From a candidate division FCPU426 bacterium (GTDB lineage: Bacteria; Oederibacteriota; JAAXVQ01; JAUVAV01), in NCBI GenBank assembly GCA_030637655.1, contig DAOWGI010000118.1, forward strand, positions 1-21,339: DNA of 21,339 nucleotides, written 5' to 3'. Both the position numbers and the translations under genes were made by a program. Each line of letters begins with the position of its first letter. The first letter of the stretch is position 1. Below the pieces are notes generated by a model. It was not told the origin of the DNA, made no database searches, and saw only the letters and a program-made list of their open reading frames with translations. This document shows positions 1-9,800 of the stretch, piece after piece.

Positions 1-172
1 AGACCAGAGAACAAGCCAAAAGCAGTATCTTTGAATATGTTGAGCTGTTTTATAACCGGGAAAGGAGGCACTCAGGCATAGGAAATCAGTCGCCGTTTGA
101 ATATGAACGAAGATTCAGACTGGCAGCTTGATTTTCGATGTGCAGTGTGTCCATTTTTTCGGGGGAAGATCA
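1..172 (+). mobile_element. Right end of an IS3-family insertion sequence, with right terminal inverted repeat at ~146-172
   Basis: The transposase tail is followed by GTGTCCATTTTTTCGGGGGAAGATCA, ending in the CA-3' typical of IS3-family ends. Confidence 0.88.
3..131 (+). CDS. IS3-family transposase OrfB, C-terminal fragment (runs off window start)
   Basis: Frame 3 reads [42 protein letters not shown]. This contains the IS3-family C-terminal signature I.EY...FYNxxRxHSxxG..SP. Confidence 0.92.
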   Translation, partial: TREQAKSSIFEYVELFYNRERRHSGIGNQSPFEYERRFRLAA

Positions 173-894
173 GTGCCGGGATTATTTGAAAACAATTGAA
201 GTCCTTCCACTTGAAAATAAGCATCCCGTAAGGTGAGTGGTCTACTATTGTTCACTTCTATACGATAACCATCTGTTGTATATTTGCCTTGATGACGCTG
301 GCTTATACCAACCTCACTGAGTAGATATGGTGTATAGATTTTAATTTGATTCGACGGGCCGGAGGTCCAACTCATCCAGGTCGTCGACGAGGTATCCACT
401 GCATCGTTATAACAAGCAACATAGAAATTTTCATCATTGGTCAACAAATTACGGTTACCGGCATCAAAATTCACCAACCCCGCATCAATACCAGTGTTCT
501 CTGTGCCACTCCTTACAAAGGCAAGTAATGTATAGGCTCGAAAAACAGACCAATTGATCGTAGCACCGGCATCACCCGGCACTGCGCCCAATGCATCCCG
601 CACAGTATACTCGGTATCAGAAGTCCTGCCATGAATAAACACAATCGCATCCGGGGTGGTATCACCAGTTGTATCGTACTGTATTACATCACCTACACCC
701 ACATTATCCGGAACAGCATTGTTAAAATAAACAGTTCCTGAACTAATCGACATGCTATTACTATCTGCTGTTCCGGTATCTAACGCGGTTGTATTACCCG
801 GACCTACAGAGCGATAAATATCAACAGCATTTGAAAAACAAGGTACAATAAAAACAAACAAACAACCTAATAGGATAACACTGAAATTCTTCAT
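173..894 (-). pseudogene. Secreted/surface protein, N-terminal part, interrupted by the IS3 element at 172/173
   Basis: ATG at 894 follows an AAGGAG RBS. Signal peptide MKNFSVILLGCLFVFIVPCFSNA, then G/T/D/N-rich beta-type extracellular sequence. The last ~18 aa of the 115..951 ORF (DLPPKKWTH...) are read from the IS terminal repeat. Confidence 0.75.
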
Positions 895-1071
895 GATTTT
901 CTCCTTCCAACAGGGCAAGCATTTCATTCTATTGGCTGAATTATACATCAATTTAATAATTGTTTGAAATGATTTCCCGAAAGGTGAATCACGAATCGCA
1001 AAAAGAGTTGACAGGGACGTTCTTAGAATAACAGGTTAAAATCTCCCCCTATGTTACAACCCCGCCTATTC

Positions 1072-1093
1072 GGGCGAGGTGACCTCGCCCCTA
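1072..1093. repeat. GTAG-type REP palindrome split by the IS110 insertion
   Basis: GGGCGAGG-TGA-CCTCGCCC-CTA; the final C of the CTAC foot is displaced to 2457. Confidence 0.8.
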
Positions 1094-1104
1094 TCTATGG
1101 GTAA

Positions 1105-1110
1105 TGTCAA
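1105..1110 (-). promoter_or_regulatory. -35 box (TTGACA) in the IS110 right end; half of a circle-junction promoter
   Basis: Perfect TTGACA pointing out of the element. It would lie 18 bp from TAGAAT (2444-2449) once the element is circularised at the CTA core. Confidence 0.7.
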
Positions 1111-1122
1111 CCCCCAATATGG

Positions 1123-2268
1123 TCAAGCGGTGGATGGATAATCTTTCCACCCCATAACATTTTTAGCTAATCGTGGTGCAGCGTTCTGTGGGCACCGTCC
1201 GTAAGCTTGGTGCAACAGGCTGCGAAATTTAAAAACTAAATATTTTGATCTGGCATGTTTGAAAACTTTATTATCCTTCAACATTTGCCAAATGATTTCC
1301 AAAAGATGTCGGGCAATTGCCACGATCGCTACGTTATGCGTTTTGCCTTTACGGCGAAACCGATGATAGCGATCCTGGATCGGGCCGGGCGTCATGGTGG
1401 CGGCATTAGCGACTTCCACCATTATCCAACGCAGCAGAGAACGTCCCTGTTTGGTGATGGAACCATAAAATACTTTGTCGCCCGATCCAATGACTGATGG
1501 TACTAGTCCGGAATAACTGGCCAGTTTTTTTGGAGAGTCAAAACGACTAACATCTCCAATGGCTGATGTAATAATCAAAGCAGCTTGAGCTTTAATCCCG
1601 GGCATGGTCATTAATTTAAGACATTGCTCATTTTTCAAAGCTTCGGAGGCAAGTTCCTGATCAAGCTGATGTATTTCGGTTAAAAAACTTTGCCCGATTC
1701 TGTAATTGGAGCGCCATTGTTGTTTACTAAATTCAGGTAGCGAAGAGCGTTCAATATATTCTAAAGCTTTTTGATCAAGAATATCCTGGCTTGTATAGTC
1801 CAGACCGTGACGATAGAGTATGCTTCGGAGTTGATTGCGCATTGATACGACATGCCTAGCCAACGCGTGGCGATGAGAAGCCAACTCTCTTTTAGCTCTG
1901 ACTTCTGGTGTGGGGACCCAGACTTTATGAGTATAACCGCTGGCTAAAGCACGGGCTAATTTCAAGGCATCAAGCTTATCGGTCTTTTTGCGTGAACAGG
2001 TGCGATCATGCATGCCCAGCATATGAGCAATCTGCACTTCTCCAACTATAGGAGAAAGCTGGTTATAAACATGATAACTGTTACCCGTTGCTTCGATAAT
2101 CACTTGGTCCTCTTTGCTTAAATTTTCTGTCGCCCAGCGGGGCAGATTCACCATGAGTATGGTGCCGCTGGCTGATACTTCGCCTTTGCGGTTAACAATT
2201 GCAAAACTGGCCGTTTTTTTATGGATATCCAGGCCGATAAATCGGGTATAATGCTTTTGTTCTAACAT
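1123..2268 (-). CDS. IS110-family transposase/bridge recombinase (DEDD RuvC-like domain plus C-terminal Tnp domain)
   Basis: Motifs FIGLDIHKK, IIEATG, KKTDKLDA, MPGI, RFDSPKKLASYSGLVP..GSG, GSITKQGRSLLR, AIVAIARHL. Likely start is ATG 2268 after an AAGGAG RBS. Confidence 0.96.
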   Translation of the reverse strand: MLEQKHYTRFIGLDIHKKTASFAIVNRKGEVSASGTILMVNLPRWATENLSKEDQVIIEATGNSYHVYNQLSPIVGEVQIAHMLGMHDRTCSRKKTDKLDALKLARALASGYTHKVWVPTPEVRAKRELASHRHALARHVVSMRNQLRSILYRHGLDYTSQDILDQKALEYIERSSLPEFSKQQWRSNYRIGQSFLTEIHQLDQELASEALKNEQCLKLMTMPGIKAQAALIITSAIGDVSRFDSPKKLASYSGLVPSVIGSGDKVFYGSITKQGRSLLRWIMVEVANAATMTPGPIQDRYHRFRRKGKTHNVAIVAIARHLLEIIWQMLKDNKVFKHARSKYLVFKFRSLLHQAYGRCPQNAAPRLAKNVMGWKDYPSTA

Positions 2269-2304
2269 GTAGTACTCCTTTCTGCGAGGTGAGGTTAGTT
2301 TAGA

Positions 2305-2437
2305 GAGGGTTGTGCGAGACAACTATCTATACGGGCTCTATGGCCCAAAAAAGTTGGTCGCGGGGGCCACTTACAAAACGGGGTTATCTTCACCCAGTAG
2401 GGGCTCGGCCTCCCTCTCGCTTCCCGGTTACTTCTTC
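2305..2437 (-). ncRNA. Putative bridge RNA (target-binding and donor-binding loops) in the IS110 left end; ends approximate
   Basis: Two stem/internal-loop/hairpin units. One contains GCCCCUAC (2397-2404), identical to the target; the other contains AUAGAUAG (2323-2330), matching the donor junction CTATCTAT at 1091-1098. Confidence 0.75.
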
Positions 2438-2443
2438 AACTCT

Positions 2444-2449
2444 ATTCTA
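2444..2449 (-). promoter_or_regulatory. -10 box (TAGAAT) at the start of the IS110 left end
   Basis: Lies 4 bp inside the left end, directly upstream of the putative bridge RNA. Confidence 0.65.
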
Positions 2450-2501
2450 ACCTCTACTCCTGATTGGAGGAATTACATTAACCATACCCTTACATCCTGG
2501 C

Positions 2502-2526
2502 GGGCAGGTTTGGAACCTGCCCCTAC
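2502..2526. repeat. GTAG-type REP palindrome
   Basis: GGGCAGGTT-TGG-AACCTGCCC-CTAC. Confidence 0.85.
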
Positions 2527-2551
2527 ATTCTTTACCGTGAACCTTATTGGT

Positions 2552-2959
2552 TCATGGTCGCTTGCCTACTGCTTTCTTAAATTCCTTAAATGCCGCTTCT
2601 ACTGCCGCCCAGCGTCTGTTCATGTCTTCTCGATACGCTATCCAGTTTTCCTGTGTCTGCAAACTTATTCTATTTAAATTCGATTCGAAATTGTCTTGTG
2701 TTTTCGCAAACTGCTCACTGCTTTCCAGCCATTTTTCCTTGGCCTGATCAGATAGTCTCAAACCACTCCCCTGGAGCATTTCCAAGCGCATCTCCAGGTT
2801 TTGTAGTTGTGCCCGCATATCCGCCTCAAAGACCCTCACTTTTTCTTGAAACCGCGTATCTGACATTTTATTAGTCTGTGGAGCTGGTCCACATCCTGCA
2901 CCTATTCCTAACAGACCAATACACAAAAACGTTGTGACTATTTGATACATTTTTTTCAC
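2552..2959 (-). CDS. Putative lipoprotein, helical/coiled-coil, function unknown
   Basis: GTG at 2959 (or ATG 2950) follows a GGAGG RBS. Basic N-terminus, hydrophobic stretch and lipobox-like GAG-C, then heptad-rich E/K/Q/L helices. Confidence 0.75.
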   Translation of the reverse strand: MKKMYQIVTTFLCIGLLGIGAGCGPAPQTNKMSDTRFQEKVRVFEADMRAQLQNLEMRLEMLQGSGLRLSDQAKEKWLESSEQFAKTQDNFESNLNRISLQTQENWIAYREDMNRRWAAVEAAFKEFKKAVGKRP

Positions 2960-2997
2960 GGCCTTTCCCTCCCATATACATGATTGTGGACAGAGTC

Positions 2998-3096
2998 GGG
3001 CAGACACGCAGGTCTGCCCCTACGGCTTCGGGCGAACACAAGGTTCGCCCCTACAGCATTATCGGGCCCATCAGGGCGGGGAAACCTCGCCCCTAC
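2998..3096. repeat. Cluster of three co-oriented GTAG-type REPs (2998-3023, 3030-3054, 3074-3096)
   Basis: GGGCAGAC..GTCTGCCCCTAC, GGGCGAAC..GTTCGCCCCTAC and GGGCGGGG..CCTCGCCCCTAC. Confidence 0.88.
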
Positions 3097-3590
3097 GGCT
3101 TATTATGCGGCAGGCTGTAAATAATTTCAAAGCTAATTGCAGGCACCATGGCGATGCCATCTGAAAACTCCTCCTTAAACCAAGGATTGATAAAAGCCGG
3201 GATATATATGATCCCTATGTTCGCGGAAATATCAAAAGCCGGAGTTATAGACTTTGATATTCCAAAATCCAAATGAAGGTCAATGATGCCTTGGCCCTCC
3301 CCGCGACCCCTAAAAAACTCCCAGTAACCAATACCTGCCTGTATAAAGGGGGACCATTTTTTTATTATAGTATACCTATAGTTTGATTCCACTCTAAGGA
3401 TTATTCCCGGAAACCCGCCTATAGACAGGTTGAGAGATGACGTGTCATCCAATTCCAATTCACCCACAGCGGAAAAACACGGCCCTCCGGAGAATCCCAT
3501 TTTCACCCCGATTCCGGCATCCCCGGCCTGCGCGGTGTTTATGGTCAATAATAATAATAAAAAAACAATACCAAATTTGCTAATAAACAT
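3093..3590 (-). CDS. Exported protein, probable small outer-membrane beta-barrel
   Basis: Signal peptide ending AQA. Alternating amphipathic strands (SPFIQAGIGY, LHLDFGISK, DISANIGIIY, ISFEIIYSL). Confidence 0.7.
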   Translation of the reverse strand: MFISKFGIVFLLLLLTINTAQAGDAGIGVKMGFSGGPCFSAVGELELDDTSSLNLSIGGFPGIILRVESNYRYTIIKKWSPFIQAGIGYWEFFRGRGEGQGIIDLHLDFGISKSITPAFDISANIGIIYIPAFINPWFKEEFSDGIAMVPAISFEIIYSLPHNKP

Positions 3591-3630
3591 TTTATCCCCC
3601 TCCGGTCTACGCGAATCCCATTTCCCCGCA

Positions 3631-3705
3631 GGGCGAACATACCCAAAAGACGGGCACAGGCAAGATTCGCCCCTACGTCTTTGGGCGTATGCAATACGCC
3701 CCTAC
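3631..3705. repeat. Two GTAG-type REPs (3631-3676 with expanded loop; 3683-3705)
   Basis: GGGCGAA...TTCGCCCCTAC and GGGCGTAT-GCA-ATACGCCCCTAC. Confidence 0.82.
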
Positions 3706-3817
3706 GTTATTGTACCATCAATTCAATCTCCCTGATATTCGAGTGATGCTGTCGGCCTGCTTTGCCGGGCGCAAGTGAACGTCTCCTATTTCACATAGCA
3801 CGATAAACTGCTACACA

Positions 3818-6800
3818 TCACGCGGCGGATTTGAAGGAATAGCGTAAAGGGTACCAGCGAGGGTCAAGCTTGCGCCTGTCAATTTCCAGTTCCAAATAAT
3901 TCAGAATATCCAGATAAACGCCCAGTTGCCGTATAGTGACCGCATCCGGGATCCAGAGTGTTTGTTCATTGTTCCTTAGTCCACCATTTTCCAGCGGTAT
4001 TGGCTGACGCATCCGGGCAGGCATACATTGCATAATTTCATTAAACGTTACCAGCATATCTTCCAGTTCATCTCGTGCCGCCTGTTTCAACGGTCCTTTG
4101 GGCAGGGCCTGAACCTTGGAATAGGTATCTGCCAGCATCGAAAACATTTCAGTAATAAATTGTTCGGCATAGCGGCGATTAATATGGCGCGCAAAATTGA
4201 TCGCGGTTTTTTGAACCGGCGTCAACGCGTTTGGATTAAGCACCGCATAGGCTAGCGCTGATTGCGTCAATTCGCGGCTGATACGCGCATTCACCGCATC
4301 CAGATCGGCATGAAAACGCATAGTCTGGGTCCAAAGCGCGGCCTGGGCAAGCAGCGCGGCGATTTGATCGGTTTCTGACTGGAAAAACACGGCATCCGGC
4401 AGAAAGAGATCAAGCGTTCCCTGCTTGCTGATAGCATACGCACCTAACATATTACCTTTGGCAATATGTTGTAAAAAGGTCCTGCTCATTTCCGAGAGAG
4501 GCCGCACCCGGATTTGATTGGTATCAAACGAACGGGCGCTTAGGGGAGTATTTAGAACAGCCTGTTTTTCCCCAAGATTCAACCGTCTTATCCGGGGTAT
4601 TTCTTTTTTAGCTGAGGTTCCCTGACGCCTGGCAACCAACAGCAATCCCGTGCCTTGCAGTAGTCCGGGCAAGATATTCAAAACAGGCGCAAGCGGTGAA
4701 CGCAGCCGTAAAACAGGACGCATCAGGAATTGGTAGACGCGCAGCCGGCCGGGCCGCGTGCCTGTGAAAGAACGGTTGATGATCGAATCCGGCAAAAGCA
4801 TATCTTGAGTAATAGGTTCTGTCAGGGGCGTGTTGGTCTGCTTGATATTTTTAGCTGAATTTCCCTTCAGACGCGACCGAATACTACGTGCCCACTGGAT
4901 CAAGGTCCATACAACAGGAGCATGTTCCATAAGAGTTGCCCAGGCATGTCCTCTGCCCAAAGATTCCATTAATTCATGTGTCAGAATCCTTTTTTGCAGC
5001 CAGGCTGGGAAGAAAAGCACTGTTGGCGAAATCAGCACCTTGCCGGATTCACCCCAGCCGATCCGGTGGTCCAGAAAAAGGCCATGCCGGCTTGCAGACT
5101 GCTGAAATACGTCCTGCCACCTTTCCGGATAATCTGCCAGCTTGTCCCACTCTATGGGTTCTCTGGTAAGCAGACCCAGCTTTGTCTGTGGAATATCAAG
5201 ACCGCGTCTTTTCATCTGTTGAATAACCTCGCTAAACAACGATGCGGTCTGTGCCTGTTTCCGGCGCAACATGACTGAAGACATAGTTTCGATAGGAGGC
5301 ACGGCATTATGATATGCCCAGTAAAGCAGACGCAGCAGATGAGCTATCAGACCGCCCAGCAATCCGGTAATCCCCATCATGGCTAGGGATATATCCCAGG
5401 GCAGCATGGCGCTAAACACAGCAACTGTAAGACCAATCCTGCTGACGCGCAAAAGGATTGCGCCCAGATTGACAATCAGGTTGCCATCCTTAGGAGTGAC
5501 AATCGTTTTCAGTTCGTCAAAACTACCTCTGTCTTTATTAATATTATTGAACCTATTAATAGCCTGCTCCGAAGGCTCTCCCGCCAATATTCCGAATGGG
5601 ATTGGTTCTGATTCACGCTTTTTTTTCTTTGCCTTTTTCTGGACTCCCTCCCTAATCCTGGCATCAATTTCAGCCTGGCTATACTTCGGCTTCTTGTAAC
5701 CTATCACGTTTTTCACCGCAGCGGAGATAAGCTCAAAGTCATCCTCTGTGTGATTTTCAGCCTTTTGGGCCAGATAGGCTTCTGTAACCTGCTGCAAGGT
5801 AATGTTCTTGGCCTGTTCCTTAATCTGACTTTTATGCAGCCGTATTTCTTCTTCTTCATGCAATGTTTCCAGCAGTTCGCGCAATACGACTGTCTGAAGA
5901 CCGTTTGCGCTTCCCTGTTTGGCAAAAGCTTTTGCCGTCTCATACTCAATCAGATTCACCGCTTGCAGCAAGCGAACCAGACTTGGCACATCGGCAACAA
6001 TGATTTTTTCAGGCTCGGGCATGAGAACGGTCTCTTCCTCTGGTTTCGCGGCCACAGCCTCATTTTCGTTCGCTTCCTGAGCCGGGAGTACGGGCGAAAA
6101 CTGCTCTTTGGTCTCGCTGGACCTTGCAAGCGCAGGTTCCGCAATTGCCTGTCTAACTTCTCCAATGGTTCCTGCCGGCACTTCATCCTGCAGTAAAATT
6201 CCAACCAAATACTGCTGGATCTCTGTATCAGCAGATTTGAATTTCTCTTGCCATTTATGAATGGCATCCGACAGCTTGGTATCTTTGGTTAGAAAAGACG
6301 TATAGCTCGGCAAGAGAGTTTCCAAGCGGCTGCGGAGAGTTTTGATTGTGGCTATTGGCATGCTGCTTCGCACCCAGCCTAGGGCTGATTCCACCAATGT
6401 TTTATTCTCCGAATATTTAACTGCAATATATAGAATGTTCTCCAGGGTTGTTTTCTCGGATAATTTCCGCCGATATATGCGCTGCAGGCCTTTGTCCTTT
6501 TGCAGCAAATCCGAATCCATTGCCATCACCTCGTCAAACTGCGGTGGATTGCGCAACACATATTCAATAATCTCATATTCAGCGCCGAATTTTTCCAGAC
6601 GCTGGACCAGGTCCTTGATCTCAGCCACTGATAACGGCGATGCAATCATAGCCACGATAGTTGACATCGTCCGCTCGCAAAAGAAATCAACAATATCCAG
6701 AATATCCTTATCCGGTCGTGCGTTGCGCAAGATGGTGTGCAACAGTTGTCCGGAAATTTCAATCTTTTTGCGTTTCTGGACCATATATAATTTTTCCAAC

Positions 6801-9800
6801 AGCTCGAGTTTGGCATGAATTTTATGAATAGAAAGTTCGCGGCGCATCGTATCAATATGTCCGTCAGTTATGTCGAACAGAGGCTGCGCATGGATCGCCT
6901 TCATAATAGTCTCAACCAGCAATGGTTCCACTGCAGGATCGGTCTTGATTTTTTCCTTTAGCGCCGGAACAGTACCGATGTCCGATAATTTCAGTTTATT
7001 CCTAACTTGCGCAAAGGATTCCTGCTCATTTAAAAGCCCCTGCCGGCCGAATGCCTCGATAATCTCCACAAATTCTTCTGCCATGTTTTGCTTGCGCAAA
7101 GCAATCACAGATTTTATATAAGATTTACACGCCTTAATGGTCTTGATTTGATTGGCCTTCTTTGCGAGAAAATGTTTTTTGATTTCAGCAATGTTCAGCC
7201 TATATTTAAAGACTACCGGAAAAATATTCCTCTTGTAACCTTTGGGAGCCAATTGCGGCAACAGATCCAGCATATCCTCTATGGGATGAACGCTGGCCAC
7301 AATTATTTCAATATCGGTCTTGTGCAATAAACCGAGATTACGCAGTTCCTTTAACAATGCAATTAATTCAGCAGAGGGCTTATTGGAAACCAGCAAATTT
7401 TTGATCATCGTCCGCGTATAAAAATCGTCCTTAGCATCACTCGTTTGTGCGATATAATCAATTATATCCAGTTTGAGCAAAAACTTGGTCCAGCCTGCGG
7501 CCAGCAGGCTGTTTTTCATATCAGTGGCAAACTGTCGCTTCTTCTTATCGGCAATTATCGGCAGCTGCATGTGATCCAGAATCGCGGAGAATACGGTCAC
7601 GTGGTTTTTTCCGGACATACTCATACCATCCAGTTGCTGCCTGACACCCTGGCCCTCGATCCAGCCGTGTTTGTCCAGCAAATTTAAAACACTTTCAGTC
7701 TGCCGGCCCAGCTCATCCGAAGCGGAGATGGCCGGCACACCTTTGGCAATACGCAATGCCTGCTCAATATCCTTGGCCGCGAACCCGCTTTCTGAAAGCT
7801 CTTTAATCATAATTGACAAATTTCTCCGGACCCCGTCTGCCTCCAATTGATGCACAGCATGCAGAGTCTTGCCCAGTTTAGGCGAGAACATGGCAGCTCG
7901 CTCACGGCCGGCCAGCACACCCATTACCACATAGCGGTCATACTCATCCAGGTTTTTCAGTGCGGCCAGTTCCCCGGAATACTGATCAGCAGTGCCTGCC
8001 TTGAGCAAAAACACTTCCCGCACAGCCTTGGACACAGCATCCCTGTTTTCCTTGCTCAGCGCCTCGCTTAGCAGTACCTGAATATCCCGGGAAGAGAGAG
8101 GTGAATGTAGGGAATGATTAATCCGAATGATTTCAGCAATATCCGCCAGCGAAGCCTGGCGCTCGGTCATTACTTTGAAGATCCGATTTTTCTCTTCTTT
8201 AGCAGGCAGCTTGGCAATGGCTTTGAAAACCGTATCCAGGAATTGGTCAGAAGTTAAATTTGCCAAAGCCTTTTGGTAATACTCTTGATAGATGCCATGG
8301 TTTTCTAGCTGCTCGAGAATGTGATCAATCCGCTCCTGGGAACGTCTGCTGCGAATGATAGCAACAACGGTTTTGCCGGATTGTTCCTGTTCTAACAAGT
8401 ATTTATATATAATCTTCCGTTTTTCCTCAACATCCTTGATTCCCCGCAGCGCCATCTCAAACATAATCCGCGTTATATTCATGTCGTATTTGTTGATTCG
8501 GAGCATATCAATGAGAAGCGGTATATTCCGCAGTAGTGTTTTCAGGGGTAGCCGGTTGCGGATATCAGTCCCGGGCCCGAGCGCGCCCACGGCGAATTCA
8601 GAACGTTGTATTGTATTGACTAATTTTTCAATGACTTGGGCATCGGTCTCTGCTTCAAGCACGCGCACTTCATTTATGACCTCATTCGCCTCATCCTTTG
8701 ATATAATTTTGTTATTAGCCAATTCATTAAGAATTACCTGCGCCTGCGCTTCACGTTTCCTTATCTCCGCCTCTTTATCCCTATACTCTCTAATAAGTTG
8801 CGGGATATGATCATAACGGTTTCTCCAATTGGGACACTGTTCCTTAATATCATTCGCGTTCTCTCCCAGGAAAGTTCGGGTGACACCTGTAACCGGCACG
8901 GCGCTCCTGACAATCTTCATCACAGTCGACTCATCCTGCCAGGTTTGCATTAATGGCCTGACTATCTCTCTCAACTCCTCATATGAGCGTCCGCTATTGA
9001 ATATCCAGGCAGCCGCCATTCCGGTAATGCGTTGCTCAGGCTCTTCATGATCCAACAGCTTGTCAATCACCGGCCGGAGTCTTGTTGCATCATGGCTAGT
9101 GCGGAAATACGACTGCAACAGACTGCCTGTGATAAACCCTTTCTCCACATCCGCCGGCAAAATGACCTCAAAAATATCCATTTTATCGGCAAATCGGAAG
9201 AATCCGTGAGCGTGAACCATTTGTGCCTGGGTTTCCGAAAAGATAGGCTTAAAATTATGGCTGCTATGGCCGATGTTTTTGATAATGATGCCCAGATAAT
9301 AATCAACTGTGCGGTTGATCTCAGGCACCTGTGACAGTTTGAATTCGATTGCGCTGCGGTTAAGCCAGCCATAATTGGAGAGCTTGTCTATAAGGTCGAT
9401 TATTTCATCCGGCAAGATCAAAGGATGGCGCGGGCATACCTGGGCAATCGCTTTTTCGATTATTATTGGAGAAAAGTCTTTATTCATGAGCACCTGGTAC
9501 AGGAGAGGCTCGTTTTCTTCCTGGACCCACTCCGGATGTTCTTCAATAATCTCTTTGGCAGTTGTGACACATGCTTTCAGTTGCGGGCTATCAGTCGCGT
9601 ATTCCAACACTGTCGTCTTGGTCTTGGCCGGCACACTGGCATTCATTGCCGCAGGCCCGGCGCCCATCATGCCCAGCACACGCAGCCACACTGGAAAATC
9701 TTCCGGGCTTTGCAAAACCGCCTTATGATATTTAAAGTGAAAATACATGGACGCAGGCCGGCTGATTATGATGATAGTGGTAACCGCGGCTGCCATAGGG

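Larger units (their letters stand above)
1094..2453 (-). mobile_element. Complete IS110-family element flanked by CTA core copies (1091-1093, 2454-2456), inserted in a REP palindrome
   Basis: Removing 1094-2456 restores GGGCGAGGTGACCTCGCCCCTAC, a full copy of the local REP family. No terminal IRs are evident. Short right end and long non-coding left end. Confidence 0.82.

Noticed and set aside
2474-2475. Alternative IS110 left boundary at a TA core (ggaatTAcatt), which would also restore a GTAGGGGC REP
   Set aside because: It gives no good -10 for the junction promoter and no match to the left donor guide. The CTA at 2454-2456 satisfies both. Not fully excluded.
2312-2874. + strand ORFs 2312..2677, 2547..2747 and 2590..2874
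   Set aside because: They cross the IS boundary or a REP, or lie antisense to the lipoprotein gene; no coding signature.
2998-3096. Possible mini CRISPR array
   Set aside because: Repeats differ internally, spacers are 6 and 19 bp, and there are no cas genes. The pattern fits REPs.
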